Shown here: positions 1-11,996 of the stretch, piece by piece
How positions within the stretch are numbered: position 1 is the first letter of the stretch
Layout of the letters: each line of letters starts with the position of its first letter
NCBI GenBank assembly: GCA_027923505.1
Contig: BROI01000008.1
Span: 1,054,001-1,118,000 of the forward strand
DNA from: Mayamaea pseudoterrestris
Taxonomy: Eukaryota
Length of the DNA: 64,000 bases
Direction of reading: 5' to 3'
Program-made: the position numbers and the translations under genes
Notes under the pieces: model-generated
Told to the model about the DNA's origin: nothing
Database searches by the model: none
Seen by the model: only the letters and a program-made list of their open reading frames with translations

Positions 1-310
1 CAGCGCAACCGGAAACAAAGTTGATCTCTCGACGTCCAAAAAAGTAATCATGAGTCTTATCTCTGCCACGCGAGAAGAACAAATGATGCTTTGCGATGCA
101 TTGGGCGGTGGGGAGTGAACGACATTTGATCGGACGAATCGCTCCTTGAATCAGAGTTAGGACTTGACGGCAGATGACTCGCAGGCCGTATTTGCCAGCA
201 GCAAGCTTGTTGAGTAAACAATTTTAATGTAACATATTTATAAATGCGATCTATAAAATAAAAGAACATATATACGATGTTGTTGCTTCATGCGACAACC
301 AAAATCGAGG

Positions 311-3300
311 TTAACCTCCGCCCCTGGCAGCGATGGCTGCCATCAAACCGCCACGACCGCCGGCGTCGCCTCCACCGCGACCTTTGATCGCATCCAAAAG
401 GCCTCCTCTTCCAGGCGGGCCACCGCCTCCACGACCACGCCCTTGTATTGCATCCATGAGTCCACCGCGGCCACCTCCTGCTTGCCCTCTTCCCTTTATA
501 CCATCCAGCAACCCGCCTCTTCCACCTTGTCCTCGACCCTTGATTCCATCCAACAATCCGCCCCTTCCTCCTCCACGCCCCTTGATGCCGTCCAATAGGC
601 CGCCGCGTCCAGGGGCGCCAGCTGGAATACCTGGCGGAGGTGGAGATGAAGGAGAGTCGTCAGCAGCCTCATCGGCGGCACTCTTTCGTTTCTCCTCGAC
701 CTCCTTCTCGATATCGGCAATAGTTCGAAGTTTGCGAGATCGATCCGACCGCTTAGCTTGCAAATTTACTAACACCTCAAGGTTCTTGTCGTGAAGTTCG
801 TTGAACATTCCTTCAAGCAGTTCAATTGTTTTCGCAATACGTGTGTCATAAATGGCAAGGTCTTTCATGCGCATTCGAATGAATGTAAAGAATTGCTGTG
901 TCAATTCAATAACCTCCTCTGACAGACTCGCCTCAACTGAACTACGGATGTCAGGCTTGTCGCCTCCGGCTTTCTTCTTTCCAGATGTCTGCATGCCCGA
1001 GCGCTGGGCGAAATCGAGTGTCATCAGCTTTATTTCGTTGATTGTCTCGGTAAAATTGGCGATTTCCTTAGTTTTGTCAGCGTCACTCTGGTTTGGTCCA
1101 CCATTATCAATCTTAAATTCAATCCAGCGAATCAGTGCGTGTTCCATCTTGTCCATGGCTTCATCCATCGACTCGCAGCTTCCATTCGCTTTCGACACCT
1201 GCAGAAGCTTGCCCTTATAGTGCTTCTTTAGCAAATCTGCACGCTCGTTGGCCTTCTTCTCGCGCGCAAGTTCACGGGCCTCGGCCATCGCCTTTGCTCC
1301 GGGATCATCAGCGTCGGACTTTGTCACGTTCGAAATCTCATACTCGGCAGCATCCGTCCATCCATAATCGCTTCTGTAGTCTGGCATAAGATCAGCCTTG
1401 CACGGGCATTGTTTTCCAATGAGAGGACATCCAACATCCGGATTCTCTCGAGTTGCGTAAGGATGATTGTCTGGTGGACCATACTGTGCAATGTGACGGT
1501 CAAACGGCGCAAGATTTTCTTTGAAGTTGTTCTTCATCATTTGGTACCAAGTCCATTTCCTTTCGCTCATTTTCTCAGCCTTGTTCTTCTCCCACCGGGG
1601 ACCGAGGACACGCAAATGCGAATACAATGCGCGACGTTCTGTCAATGTCAAACCGGTGACGCGCATATTTTCAAGCGTCGAAGGATGCATTCGCTCAATA
1701 TCGTCCGGGTTAAGGCGAAGTATCTGGAGCACATTTGTTCTTTTGAACTTCTTTGCAATAGCCGCAGGCAGAAATTTGCCATTTGGCGATGGATTGCCAG
1801 TCAATTCTGCTTCGCTCATGCTGCGGATGTTGACAGGCATATGGCGCCGAATCATCTTAAGTGCTTCAAGATTCTTGGGGGCGTTCTCTGCCTCCCACTC
1901 CTTCTCTTTTCGATCCTGTTCGGCTTGATATTCCTCGGAAATCATCAATGCAGTGTTGTAACGTTCCATTTCTTGCTCAAGTTTAAAGTATTCCTCTCGC
2001 AGTTTGTTTTGTTCCTCCTTGTCTTCTCGAACGACGTCGCTGCCGCCAATTTCGTTCATGCGCTTTGCAATAGTGCCAACTTTCGCTAAAGCTTCTGAAT
2101 AGTCAATATCTTCGGCAATTTGGATGCCAGCCCCAGCGAGCTGCTTTTCAAGTTTCTTTTGACGCTTCTCTGCTTCTTGAAGTTTCTGCATTAGTGCTCC
2201 CATCTCTCCCATTTGAAGCTTTTCCAGCAGTGCAGTGATGTCATCACCGAGGGGAGCAATAGCTCGAGCCGCCGTGGCCAGCGAAGTTGATACAACTTCT
2301 TGGTCTTCTCTGATTGAAGCTAGGTGCTCGCCAGGTTTAATGGTCGGTACCGAAACGCCATCTGGTACATTGACAGCTCGACTACCGGCTGGTGTAGGAC
2401 CGCTGCCACTGTTGGTCCCACCATCGCGTTTCATCATTGATACAGGATAAAGCACCTCGCCGGGTTGCATGTCCTGTGGTTGAAGGACAAACTTGGGTGG
2501 CTCTTCAGCGTTCTCACGCTTTTGTACCACCATCGCTTCGAGTTCAGTCTTGCTTTGGCCCGACAGTTTAGAGAGTTCATCAAGCGTCATGTACTTGGTT
2601 GTCGCCTCGGCATCCCCACTGGTTGGTTCGCCATTTGAAACCTTGACTTCAAATTTTTCTGTTGGCAGAACAGAAAACATGGATCTTTCGTCCGATGCAA
2701 CCCTCGTTTTCGGTCCTTTTGGTAAATTCGCAAGTGAGCCTTTTGGGGTAGCTGGGGTCTTGTCAAGTTTGAGATTTGGGTCATCCGAAACGACTACGAC
2801 GTATGCAACAGACGTGGGCGCTGGATCGGCGGACATGGGCTGCGACGGCGCAGGATTTTGTGGTGGCGATATCGGTGTTACTGGTTCTTGCTGCGTCTGT
2901 GTTGACACCGCAGACACACTAGCCTCATCACAAACGGCGGCAACCACATTGGCGGCAACTTCCTCTTGAAGCATTTTGTGGCGAACGGCGTCAATAGGCA
3001 TGCCCATCTTGATCTTTTTGCGGTAAAACTGAGCCAGCGCTTCCTCATCTTCTGTCAAAAGAGTGGACGAAGCTGGCAAGCGTTCAAGCGATGAATCATG
3101 TGCCGCAGCTGCCGCAACCACATGTTGTTCGCCGGTACCTCCACACACGGCTGCAATGACTTTATTGTCGACTCCATCTTGCATCATCTTGTGTCGAACA
3201 GCATCAGCCGGCATGCCCATCTTTATTTTCTTGCAATAAAATTGTGCTAGAGCTTCTTCGTCCTCCGTTAGATCTTGCAACGATGATGGCACAGGCAACG

Positions 3301-6300
3301 GCGCGGGAATTGGTGTAGGTGCTGGCACGGGCTCTTGCGTCGACACACGTGCACCACAAACGGCAGCAATAACATGCTCGTCGACTCCATCTTGTGCCAT
3401 TTTGTGTCTGACGGCATCTTGTGGCATACCCATTTTTATTTTCTTGCGGTAGAACTGTGCCAGCGCTTCATCATCTTCTGTCAAGCCGAGTTCGTCTCCC
3501 GACACCGTCGATGAAGGCGGTGGTACAGGTTCAGATGCCGTTGTGGACATCTGAGCAGGCGAGTCCACATTTCCGCAAACAGCGTTTATAACTTTATTCG
3601 CAATGTCATCCTGCATCATCTTGTGCCTAACAGCGTCCAGTGGCATGCCCATTTTTATCTTCTTCTGATAAAATTGGGCCAAAGCTTCTTCGTCTTCGTC
3701 TAAACCAGATTCAATGGTCGTTACAACAGGAATCGGCGCCCTTGCGGGGGTTAACGCAGCGGGTTCGACCACGCTAGAACCTCCGCAAACCGCAAAAATA
3801 ACATTCTCAGCAACTCCGTCCTGCAGCATTTTATGCCTCACAATCTCTTTTGACATGCCGAGTTTTAACTTTTTGCGGTAAAATTGCGCTAGCGCTTCAT
3901 CATCTTCAGACAATCCAGCATCATCTGTCAACTTTATTGGCTCCGCCTCAAAGGAAGGCTTGTCGGGCGTTGATTCAATTGTCGTATCCTTTGTTTCGTC
4001 TGGTTCTGATGGTGCCGACGACGAATCCAGCTTGGTTGTTGATGGCGGCCATCGTGATACTGGAGACGACGAATCAGTTTCGGCCGAGGTTGTTGCCTCC
4101 GGATTACAAGTCTCTTCTGTTGCAGGAGTCCTCTTCTTCATCCAAGACGGAGTAGCTGGGGCGCGCCCCGCACCTAGAGCAAACGGATTGGCTGTAGCAA
4201 CAACATTTGCAGCTGATTGCTGAATATCTGCTGGATGATCAACAGCCTGCGGTGCTGTTACGGACAATTTGGTATCAATCTCATCATAGGATGCACTAGC
4301 AGAATCAGCCTCGGGCTTGACTGCGTTTGACTCATTCACGACGCTGGGAATCGAATCGCTTACAGACAATCGACTTGGCGGTTGAATATTTCCACCAACA
4401 GTTGCAGCCTCTGTCAGTTTTGGTCGATTATCCGCATCCGCTCCAAGCTTTTGATCCAGTGCGCTCCCAGGATTTCCGTCGCCAGCACTCGTTACGACTC
4501 GCTTGACTCTCCGCACTAGTTTGCCATCGGCTCGCCGATACACCTCTGTCCCATCCTGCTCGGCAGCCACGGACGTCTTCTTCCGTCGCAGGACCTTTTT
4601 ACCATCGGCTCGTATAATGATTTCGCCATCTGAAATTTGACCTCCAGCAACTGTCGCAGCTCCAGATTTTTGCTTGGCTGGTTGTTCCAGCATTTGCGTC
4701 AGCTGCGCCTTGTCCGTCACGAGTCCGACCGCTGCCGCCGCCTTTGTCTTTTTGACTCGTCGCACCTTTTTACCGTCAGCTCGAATGTAAATTTCACCGT
4801 CTGCTGCATTATCGGCAGTCACTTTCTTTGACGGTTGGTCGCCCGCTACAGTTGCAGCAGCGCCAGCGCCAGCAGGTCTTGCGGCAGTCGCCAACATTCC
4901 CAAGTCGGTCGATCCAGCCTTTGCAACAGTTCCGGTGGCTCGCTTGACTCGTCGCACCTTTTTACCGTCGGAGTTGATGTAAATTTCCCCCGACGTTGGC
5001 ACTACGGCAATCGAAGCAGCACCCGTCTTTGGCGGTGGCTTGGACGCACTCGCTTCCAGCAAGGCATCTAGTTCAGCCTTTGTTGTCATGGCTGGTGGCG
5101 GCGGAGTAGGTGTTGGTGGCAACGACTCTTTGGCAGGCTCGTTTGGTACCACTGTAGCAGATGCATCCTTCTTCTTGACAATCACCTTTTTGACGCGTCG
5201 CACCTTTTTACCATCGGGTCGAATGTAAATTTCCACCTCCTCCCTAATCTCCTGGCCAGGACCAAGCACTCGCTCTCCTCCCACGGTGGCTGCTCCAGTC
5301 CTGCCTCCGCCAGAAGTGAGCATGTTATTGAGACTGGTGCCAGCTGGTTTCTTGAGACGTCGCACGAGCTTTCCATCCGCTCGTCGATAGACTTCATATT
5401 CTGGCGCAGCAGGAGTTGTTGTTGTCGCTGTTTCTGTCTCGGCAGCAGCGTTTGCATCATTCGTTTCATTGGCATTACTATTCGTCGCTGAAGCAGTATT
5501 ACTACCAACACCATGAGTATTGACTGCTTGCTGCATGGCCGCCAATCCACTCGTTGATTGCGACGTTTGGGGAGCCGGCGGCCGCTTGACCACCCTGCGC
5601 ACCTTTTTGCCTTGAGCGTTGACGTAAATCTCGCCCAAGCCGGCGCTGGACAGTGGCGCGCCCGATACAGTCGCGGCGCTCGTCTTTTTTGGTGTTGGTG
5701 CAGTTGAAGTTGTTGGTTGAGTAGTGTCAGCATTTTGGCTCGTTTGCAGAAACGAGTTTAAATCATTTTCTGGCGACTCGTTCGCCTCGGCATCCGCCAG
5801 CAAGTTCCGTCCGCTCCGACTCTTGACAATGGTACGCTTGACGCGCCGCACCTTTTTGCCATCGGGTCGTACGTAGATTTCGTACTCCTCGTGATGCTGA
5901 TTAATTGACGCTGCTGCACCTGGTTTGTTCGTCACGGGCCCGGCAACGAACGGCTTTGCAAAATCGCCAGCCACCGACTTGCTGGCGCCGCCTGCCTTGG
6001 GCTTTTTGCTTCCGCTTACCAAGTCTAAAAAGCCGCCAAGTGTTTTTGGTCGAGTAAATGTATTTGCCGTATTACTTTCAACTGCAGCTGCTGCTGCATG
6101 ATTGACTCGCTGCTCCGTCACTGTATTACTATTGACGCTGCTGCTGCTTGTTGCTGCCGTGGCCATGGTTGCGGCGCTATTATTGCTGTTATTGCCATTG
6201 CCTCCAGTCGCACTTGCGCCAACACTTTCGTTTCCCACCACGGACTTTGGTCGCATGACGCGCTTGACGACGCGCCGCACCTTTTTGCCGTCGGCGCGCA

Positions 6301-6406
6301 CGTAGATTTCGCCGCCGTCTCCGGAAACGGTCGAGGCGGCGGATTTGCGCAAGGAGCTCTTGGGTAGATTCAATGCTGCAGGTGATGAAGAAGTTGGAGT
6401 CGACAT
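311..6406 (-). CDS. Large (2031 aa) putative actin-cytoskeleton regulator: 9 N-terminal EIYxRxDGKKVRRVK repeats, 5 CCDC53/WASH-subunit-like repeats, coiled coil, Pro-rich linker, 6 C-terminal WH2-like GRGGLLDxIxGR repeats
   Basis: Uninterrupted 6.1 kb ORF from ATG 6406 to TAA 311. Five copies of ALAQFYxKKxKxGMxxxxVRHKMxQxxV resemble the YxKMxKxGxPxxAVxxKM motif of CCDC53-like domains. PPPPG followed by GRGGLL/MxxI repeats resembles WH2 actin-binding motifs. Domain names come from motif recall, not a search. Confidence 0.85.
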   Translation of the reverse strand: MSTPTSSSPAALNLPKSSLRKSAASTVSGDGGEIYVRADGKKVRRVVKRVMRPKSVVGNESVGASATGGNGNNSNNSAATMATAATSSSSVNSNTVTEQRVNHAAAAAVESNTANTFTRPKTLGGFLDLVSGSKKPKAGGASKSVAGDFAKPFVAGPVTNKPGAAASINQHHEEYEIYVRPDGKKVRRVKRTIVKSRSGRNLLADAEANESPENDLNSFLQTSQNADTTQPTTSTAPTPKKTSAATVSGAPLSSAGLGEIYVNAQGKKVRRVVKRPPAPQTSQSTSGLAAMQQAVNTHGVGSNTASATNSNANETNDANAAAETETATTTTPAAPEYEVYRRADGKLVRRLKKPAGTSLNNMLTSGGGRTGAATVGGERVLGPGQEIREEVEIYIRPDGKKVRRVKKVIVKKKDASATVVPNEPAKESLPPTPTPPPPAMTTKAELDALLEASASKPPPKTGAASIAVVPTSGEIYINSDGKKVRRVKRATGTVAKAGSTDLGMLATAARPAGAGAAATVAGDQPSKKVTADNAADGEIYIRADGKKVRRVKKTKAAAAVGLVTDKAQLTQMLEQPAKQKSGAATVAGGQISDGEIIIRADGKKVLRRKKTSVAAEQDGTEVYRRADGKLVRRVKRVVTSAGDGNPGSALDQKLGADADNRPKLTEAATVGGNIQPPSRLSVSDSIPSVVNESNAVKPEADSASASYDEIDTKLSVTAPQAVDHPADIQQSAANVVATANPFALGAGRAPATPSWMKKRTPATEETCNPEATTSAETDSSSPVSRWPPSTTKLDSSSAPSEPDETKDTTIESTPDKPSFEAEPIKLTDDAGLSEDDEALAQFYRKKLKLGMSKEIVRHKMLQDGVAENVIFAVCGGSSVVEPAALTPARAPIPVVTTIESGLDEDEEALAQFYQKKIKMGMPLDAVRHKMMQDDIANKVINAVCGNVDSPAQMSTTASEPVPPPSSTVSGDELGLTEDDEALAQFYRKKIKMGMPQDAVRHKMAQDGVDEHVIAAVCGARVSTQEPVPAPTPIPAPLPVPSSLQDLTEDEEALAQFYCKKIKMGMPADAVRHKMMQDGVDNKVIAAVCGGTGEQHVVAAAAAHDSSLERLPASSTLLTEDEEALAQFYRKKIKMGMPIDAVRHKMLQEEVAANVVAAVCDEASVSAVSTQTQQEPVTPISPPQNPAPSQPMSADPAPTSVAYVVVVSDDPNLKLDKTPATPKGSLANLPKGPKTRVASDERSMFSVLPTEKFEVKVSNGEPTSGDAEATTKYMTLDELSKLSGQSKTELEAMVVQKRENAEEPPKFVLQPQDMQPGEVLYPVSMMKRDGGTNSGSGPTPAGSRAVNVPDGVSVPTIKPGEHLASIREDQEVVSTSLATAARAIAPLGDDITALLEKLQMGEMGALMQKLQEAEKRQKKLEKQLAGAGIQIAEDIDYSEALAKVGTIAKRMNEIGGSDVVREDKEEQNKLREEYFKLEQEMERYNTALMISEEYQAEQDRKEKEWEAENAPKNLEALKMIRRHMPVNIRSMSEAELTGNPSPNGKFLPAAIAKKFKRTNVLQILRLNPDDIERMHPSTLENMRVTGLTLTERRALYSHLRVLGPRWEKNKAEKMSERKWTWYQMMKNNFKENLAPFDRHIAQYGPPDNHPYATRENPDVGCPLIGKQCPCKADLMPDYRSDYGWTDAAEYEISNVTKSDADDPGAKAMAEARELAREKKANERADLLKKHYKGKLLQVSKANGSCESMDEAMDKMEHALIRWIEFKIDNGGPNQSDADKTKEIANFTETINEIKLMTLDFAQRSGMQTSGKKKAGGDKPDIRSSVEASLSEEVIELTQQFFTFIRMRMKDLAIYDTRIAKTIELLEGMFNELHDKNLEVLVNLQAKRSDRSRKLRTIADIEKEVEEKRKSAADEAADDSPSSPPPPGIPAGAPGRGGLLDGIKGRGGGRGGLLDGIKGRGQGGRGGLLDGIKGRGQAGGGRGGLMDAIQGRGRGGGGPPGRGGLLDAIKGRGGGDAGGRGGLMAAIAARGGG

Positions 6407-7021
6407 GATAGCCAGATATTCTTCTTCTTCCTGTCGCTGCTGCTTTTAACAGTAATATTGTAAATTACCTAACAATCTCGTCGCTTCGTTTTTGCTTTTA
6501 TTGCTCGACGAGACGCCAATGGCCGAATCGAATGGAAGCAGTCGAAAAAGTGTCACTTCCGCGGCGGAATGCTAATTGAATCGAATGGAAGTCAGCTTGT
6601 TAGCAATCCAATTTTCCGCAACAAATTGTCGTATATTATATACTAGTATTAGTCACAAATAGTCAAGTCGACGGACCAAGACTGCAAGTGGATAAATGCA
6701 TGAAATGCACGTGAAATAATCTTGTCGCGCGCAGGTTGATGCACCTTCGTGCGGTCATTTTGGAAGGTTAAGTAATTAGGGATGAGACCGAGAAGTTTGT
6801 GCCATTGACGTTTTATTTTGTTACGCCTTTCATGAATACTTTTTGGCGTCCGTAACAGCTATTTTCGCGTGGCAGTAAATAATATTTTGGAACGCTCAAA
6901 TAGCACCACTGGAAACGGATCCTGCGACCAACCATGACGATCACACCGTACATACACAGCGCTTCCGGCGGCGATTACACCAATCTTGTACGGGTTATAC
7001 AAAATTCACACAGCAATCATC

Positions 7022-8851
7022 ATGGGTCAACAGCAATCCTCGTCATTTCCAGGAGCTCCGCCGCCAGAAAACCAGCAACAAGATTGTCAGCCTTGCTTTT
7101 TGCTCTTTCGCTCATGTGGCGGCGGCCGACAAACGACTCGCTCCAACAATAACAACGCTAATAGCAGCAGCAAGGCCGCCGCGAGCTTTGGGACTCCCGT
7201 TCCCGACACTCCCATTCATACGAGGCGAAAGAGAGAAATCATGACGGAGCAGTTACGAGAAAGTGGATTGCAAGGGAATACTGTTACGAGCAGTGACATT
7301 AACAACAGTGGTCAGAGCCATCACCTTTTGATTGCACCGGCAGGAGTCGATGCTGGACGAAACGGTGCCAATGGTTTCGTAAAGAATAACAGCAGCAATA
7401 GCAGCAAATTTCTTCCATCCAACTTACTGCCACCTACGGCTCATCCGCAGCAGCCGCAGCTACCCAAGAGCATTGTTCACGACGGACCAACGGCCGAGCA
7501 GGAACTGCATGACAAGTATCAGTTGATGGAGGTCTTGGGAGTCGGAAGCACCTCAACGGTACATCGATGCGCGCTCAAGCAAGCGAGTAGTAGTGGAACA
7601 GTTAACACTAACGACAAGACCGCCAACAACTCTAGCAGCAGTACTAACGAAACATTATATTTCGCCTGCAAAATCATTGACTGCCAGCTAATGGAGGAGC
7701 GCTTCCAGGGAATGATGTCACAATTTCAAACCGAGATTCAAGCACTGCAGGAACTCGTCCACCCAGGAATCATTCGACTCTACGACGTGTACGTTTGCGC
7801 CACGGAAAAGATTTACATCATTATGGAACTCATGGAGGGTGGTGAACTGTTTGACTACGTTGTGGAGAAGGGAACGCTGACCGAGGAGGAAGCGTCGCGG
7901 ATTGTGCGCAACGTCATTTCAGCCATTGCCTACATGCATTCGTGCAACTACATACATCGAGACTTGAAACCAGGTTTGTAATAAAAGTTGGTTGTTTTTA
8001 GTGTTATAGTGTGCTTCGGAGTCGAGATTTTGTTTGGTTGCTTGTGGTTATACTCACAATCCGTGTTTCTCTCACATCGACCTTTGTCACACACACAGAG
8101 AACCTTTTGCTGAAGCGACCACCCAAGTCACCAAACGAAAACATTGACGTGAAAATTATTGACTTTGGGTTAAGCAAGGTAGGTATTTGTGGGTTTGGGC
8201 AAGCGGTTTCGGCGCGCAAGTTGTTTTCTGACTCACGTGCTCGCACTCTTTGTCATAATCGCCACAGATGATGGAGCAAGACATTACTGGCACATTTCTT
8301 GGTACACGTGGCTATCTAAGTCCCGAGCAACTTTCGCGGCGAGACTACACCAAGGCGGTGGATAGCTGGGCCCTCGGCGTGATTGTCTTTGGTATGTTCC
8401 GTCCGCGTGATTAATCGCAAATCCACTTCGTTCCCTGCTCATTTAAGCCATTTTTCTCTACACAGTATTGCTGTGCGGCTGCCTGCCATTCGACGATGAC
8501 TCTTCCGCCATTGCCAACGATGAACTCGTCCGCGTGAAATTCACACTTCGCTACCCCCGCTGGGCCAAGAACCTTAGTCCATCGGCCAAGGACTTGCTGT
8601 CACACTTGCTTGACACGAACCCAGTCACTCGCTACACTGCAGATCAAGCGCTCGAACACCCTTGGGTCCGTGGAGTGACGGCACCAAAGGACAATGTGCT
8701 GGCGTCGCCGGGACGCATCAAGAAGAGTCCCATGTTAAATGGCAGTGGCCGCGTGGGTCGCTTCACACCAGGAGGCACCCGGCGGAAGGAGCAAGAGACG
8801 CCGCCGCAGACGCCACAGCAGACACAAATGGTCCGCAAGACGAGCATGTGA
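7022..8851 (+). CDS. CAMK-group Ser/Thr protein kinase, 4 exons (7022-7973, 8099-8178, 8268-8391, 8466-8851)
   Basis: Kinase motifs LGVGSTSTV, FACKII, HRDLKP/ENLL, KIIDFGLSK, GTRGYLSPE, DSWALGVI, R(Y)TADQALEHPW. GT-AG introns at 7974-8098, 8179-8267 and 8392-8465 join these motifs in frame. The MGQQQSS N-terminus suggests myristoylation. Confidence 0.93.
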
Positions 8852-9292
8852 ATGTGTCTACATACCATTGTACAATGCGCACTTACGTAGCTAAGGATGG
8901 CGGCATTATCCATAACAGTGCCGCGTGGATAACAATAGGCCCGCATTACATAGTGAAATACACATATCATTGTATATATAAGAGCAAAATTACTAAATTG
9001 GTTAAATGCAACACGCTCAGCGGTAAGAAAAGAGAATGGACCCGATGCAATGGCCGCAAGTAGTGGCCTCTGGTTTTGCTTGTGCCTTAAAACATGAAAT
9101 TGACGTGTAGTATAAACTTTTACTGGCTCATGATAGTCATGATGGTGCGAATGAGTGAAGGGAGTGCATTGTAGGGATCTGAAAGCGGCGTACGGTTTGA
9201 AACTCGAAACATGAATGGTGCAGTGCTTGGGCTTGACTATTGTAGCACTATGACCTTATTTTAGAGCTGTAGATGCGAAATCATGGATATTT

Positions 9293-11361
9293 CTAGCCGA
9301 TGATGCCATCTCCTGGCTTGCGAATAACTTTGTCAGCAGCCAGCAACAATGCCAAGCTTCGTGGACTATGGACCCTCTCGTTCGTACGAATGACATGTTG
9401 AGTTGCCTGTGCCATTTCCTTGTCATTGTGGGTCGCACCAGCGGCTGGCAAAGTGTCCGACCGTATCGCCAGCTCAGCCGAGCCCTTCTCCCGAAAGCGT
9501 TTAAGTGAAGCGAGGAAGGCTGACAAGCTCGGTGGAGGGCCTGACGCCTCAGTATCAGTTCGTGGCGGCGACGGAGCGGCAACATTGCAATCTTGGAGAC
9601 CATCGCCAGCGACAACCAATGTTTTCAAGCTATGTGACGAATTCATACCCTTCACTTCTCGATTTGAAAGTTGCTCTGCCATGACAGCGTCATTCTCCTG
9701 AAGGAGCGTATCCGCGGCAAGCAAGGCTGCAAGGCTTGCGGAGTAGTTGTTTTTGTCTGAACGACTCTTGTAACACGACGCCTGATGGTTCCCGCTGCCT
9801 TGTCCAACGTAGCCAGCGAAAAGCATGTCGCGCAAAGTGACAGGACAGACAACTTTCTCGTCGCGCTGATGAAACGACGGTGGCGGTGGCAACGCGAGGT
9901 TCAACGTGGCGCTGTCCACCTTGCCGATGAAAGGAAGCGAGTGACTAGGCTTTGCTGTAATGGTCTGATGGCTAGGCTTGGGAGAAGGCATCTTGGAGGG
10001 CGGCAACATGGACGCGCGCTCCATAAACTTGGCTCCCGTGTGCGCCTGGCGGTAGACTTCCAAATCAACTTGAGCTGCAGCAAGGAGCTTCGCGATTTGC
10101 CCTACTAAAAGGTGATCCGACGCAAGCATGCTGTTCTCCAAATTCATTCGAGACAAGATGGTTTTTCGGCTCTCGCCGATGAGCTGCTTCGGTGAGCCAC
10201 GCCGGACATTTGAGGCACCATCAGCCCAGTATGATTCACATGGTCGGTTAGTGAAAGGACGGCTAGTGAAGAAACTGTATCCGTGCAAGTCGGCACCAAA
10301 GATAGTCTCCTTGTTGGAGGTCTTCTTGCCTTCCGGTTGCCAGCCTTGTCCTCGGATCTTGACAGCGAGGTGCGCCTCGAAATCAATGCTCATGACTGAT
10401 TCGGGCAAGGCAAAATCGCTGCCAAAACTTGTGGATCTGGACTTTCGACTCTTGGTAGTCTTGGACGACTTTCGCGTCGGCGTCACAACGGCAACTCGCG
10501 GCTCAATCAATGTTTTGGGCGTTACTAATGCCGCGTCACTAGCGGGAAGCATGGGTAGAGCGTAAAAGTTTGGCTCCGTGTCTGGCGATGAAGGCTTTCT
10601 ACCGCCAGTACCCTTGATCTTGACTCGCTCGATGCGGCTCACCAAGAACTCCTTGCCTCGAAGAAACAGAGGGTGGTAGTACGATCCTTTATCGTTGCCT
10701 GTCGATAGCGTGACAGTGTGAGGTGTGAGTATCATAAATCTCGAAGCAAACGTAGAAACAATATCGTTACTCGAATAAGTAGTTGTTCTTACCTGCAGTG
10801 ATACGTTTGAAGCCGTACCTATAGAGTGAAGAACAGCAACAGGTACTTGTGAGTCGGTCATCGCTCAACGTCAAATACTCCGCGTCTCGAGCTCGTTGTT
10901 GTTTGGTCAAAGCAAGATTCGATTTGCAGCTCCATCGAAAAACCAACTTACATGTTGAGCTGCCTCTGGAAGCTCGAGTAATGGTTCATCTGAAACCAAA
11001 CTGTAGAGAGAGAAATGTTTGAGACTATTGGACAAGATTCGTTGCGTTCTCATTATGTAAAAGAACATTTTCACTCACACGGCAGAATCTCCTTGACGAA
11101 TCGTTGATGATCGCTGACCAGAAAGCTTCGACCATGCACCAGCCACGAGATGACACCATCCGATCCATCCTTTTCCACTTCTTGAATCATAAAGTGGAGC
11201 TTGGAGGGGAAGGCTTGGAGACTGTTGCACCTGTTGGACGTACGTGCCGGCAAGGTTCCTTCCATTTCATTGGCGTAGTCAACGTATTCTGCACCCAGCT
11301 TATGGATGTGAAGGCTTTGACCTCCATCAATGAAAGTATTTGTAGGAGTAAGAGTGTTCAT
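9293..11361 (-). CDS. HSF-type DNA-binding transcription factor, 4 exons (approx. 11361-11079, 11000-10952, 10818-10793, 10698-9293)
   Basis: Spliced translation gives the HSF domain: FPSKLHFMI..ISWLVHGRSFLV..FVKEILP/FWFQMNHYSSFQRQLNM/YGFKRITAG/NDKGSYYHPLFLRG. Three GT-AG introns restore the frame. The start codon is uncertain (first in-frame ATG used). Confidence 0.9.
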
Positions 11362-11996
11362 GGCTTGGAGGAAAGTCTTGTGCCAAGTTAAGTCGTTCTT
11401 CTGCAAAAGTGAGGCTCCTGCAAAGGAAGAAACCAGATCTGGCTCTTGGATGGGGATGTTGAGAACGCAATGGACTCAGCGCAAATGTGTTTCAAAACAT
11501 AAGCCTTCCAAACTTCGAGGTGGTTTCAAGGACTTTTACGCGAGAAAATGGATCCCGGACGGGAAGCTTCCATATGAGCAATCGCGGAATCGGCGACTGC
11601 ATAACGGCTCATTGACATTTTGAATCACGTACGTATGCCAAACGACGAACGTGTCGACCTCTTGCTAGATTCACTAAGAGAAAAAGTGTACAAACCTTGG
11701 GCCGACGAGTTCCGGCTGTTTCACTTTCTCCTTTTGACAGGCGTCATCACGTTCGTTGGTGTTCCTCTGTTTCTACTTGAAAAGGGCTTAGTCCTTCTTT
11801 TACCTCCGTTTTCTGAAATGTGAAGCCCCTGGCGTCATTGTTTACTAAGTACTCCGAATCTGTTGAGTCAGAAAGCAACCAGTGAGAGATTTTAGCTACG
11901 GTATGGAAGTTTGCTACCATACGATCCAGGCCTGCCTGTTCAGTATTTCTGGGTGTACGTATGAATTATGATGAGATACGTTACATATAGGTTAAT

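Noticed and set aside
290..6367. Plus-strand ORFs overlapping the 2031-aa gene (and similar antisense ORFs over URB1, the RRM gene and TauE)
   Set aside because: Antisense shadows of real coding sequence with no independent motifs.
9293..10861. 522-aa ORF as a stand-alone gene
   Set aside because: Its first ~55 codons are intron or out-of-frame exon sequence of the spliced HSF gene.
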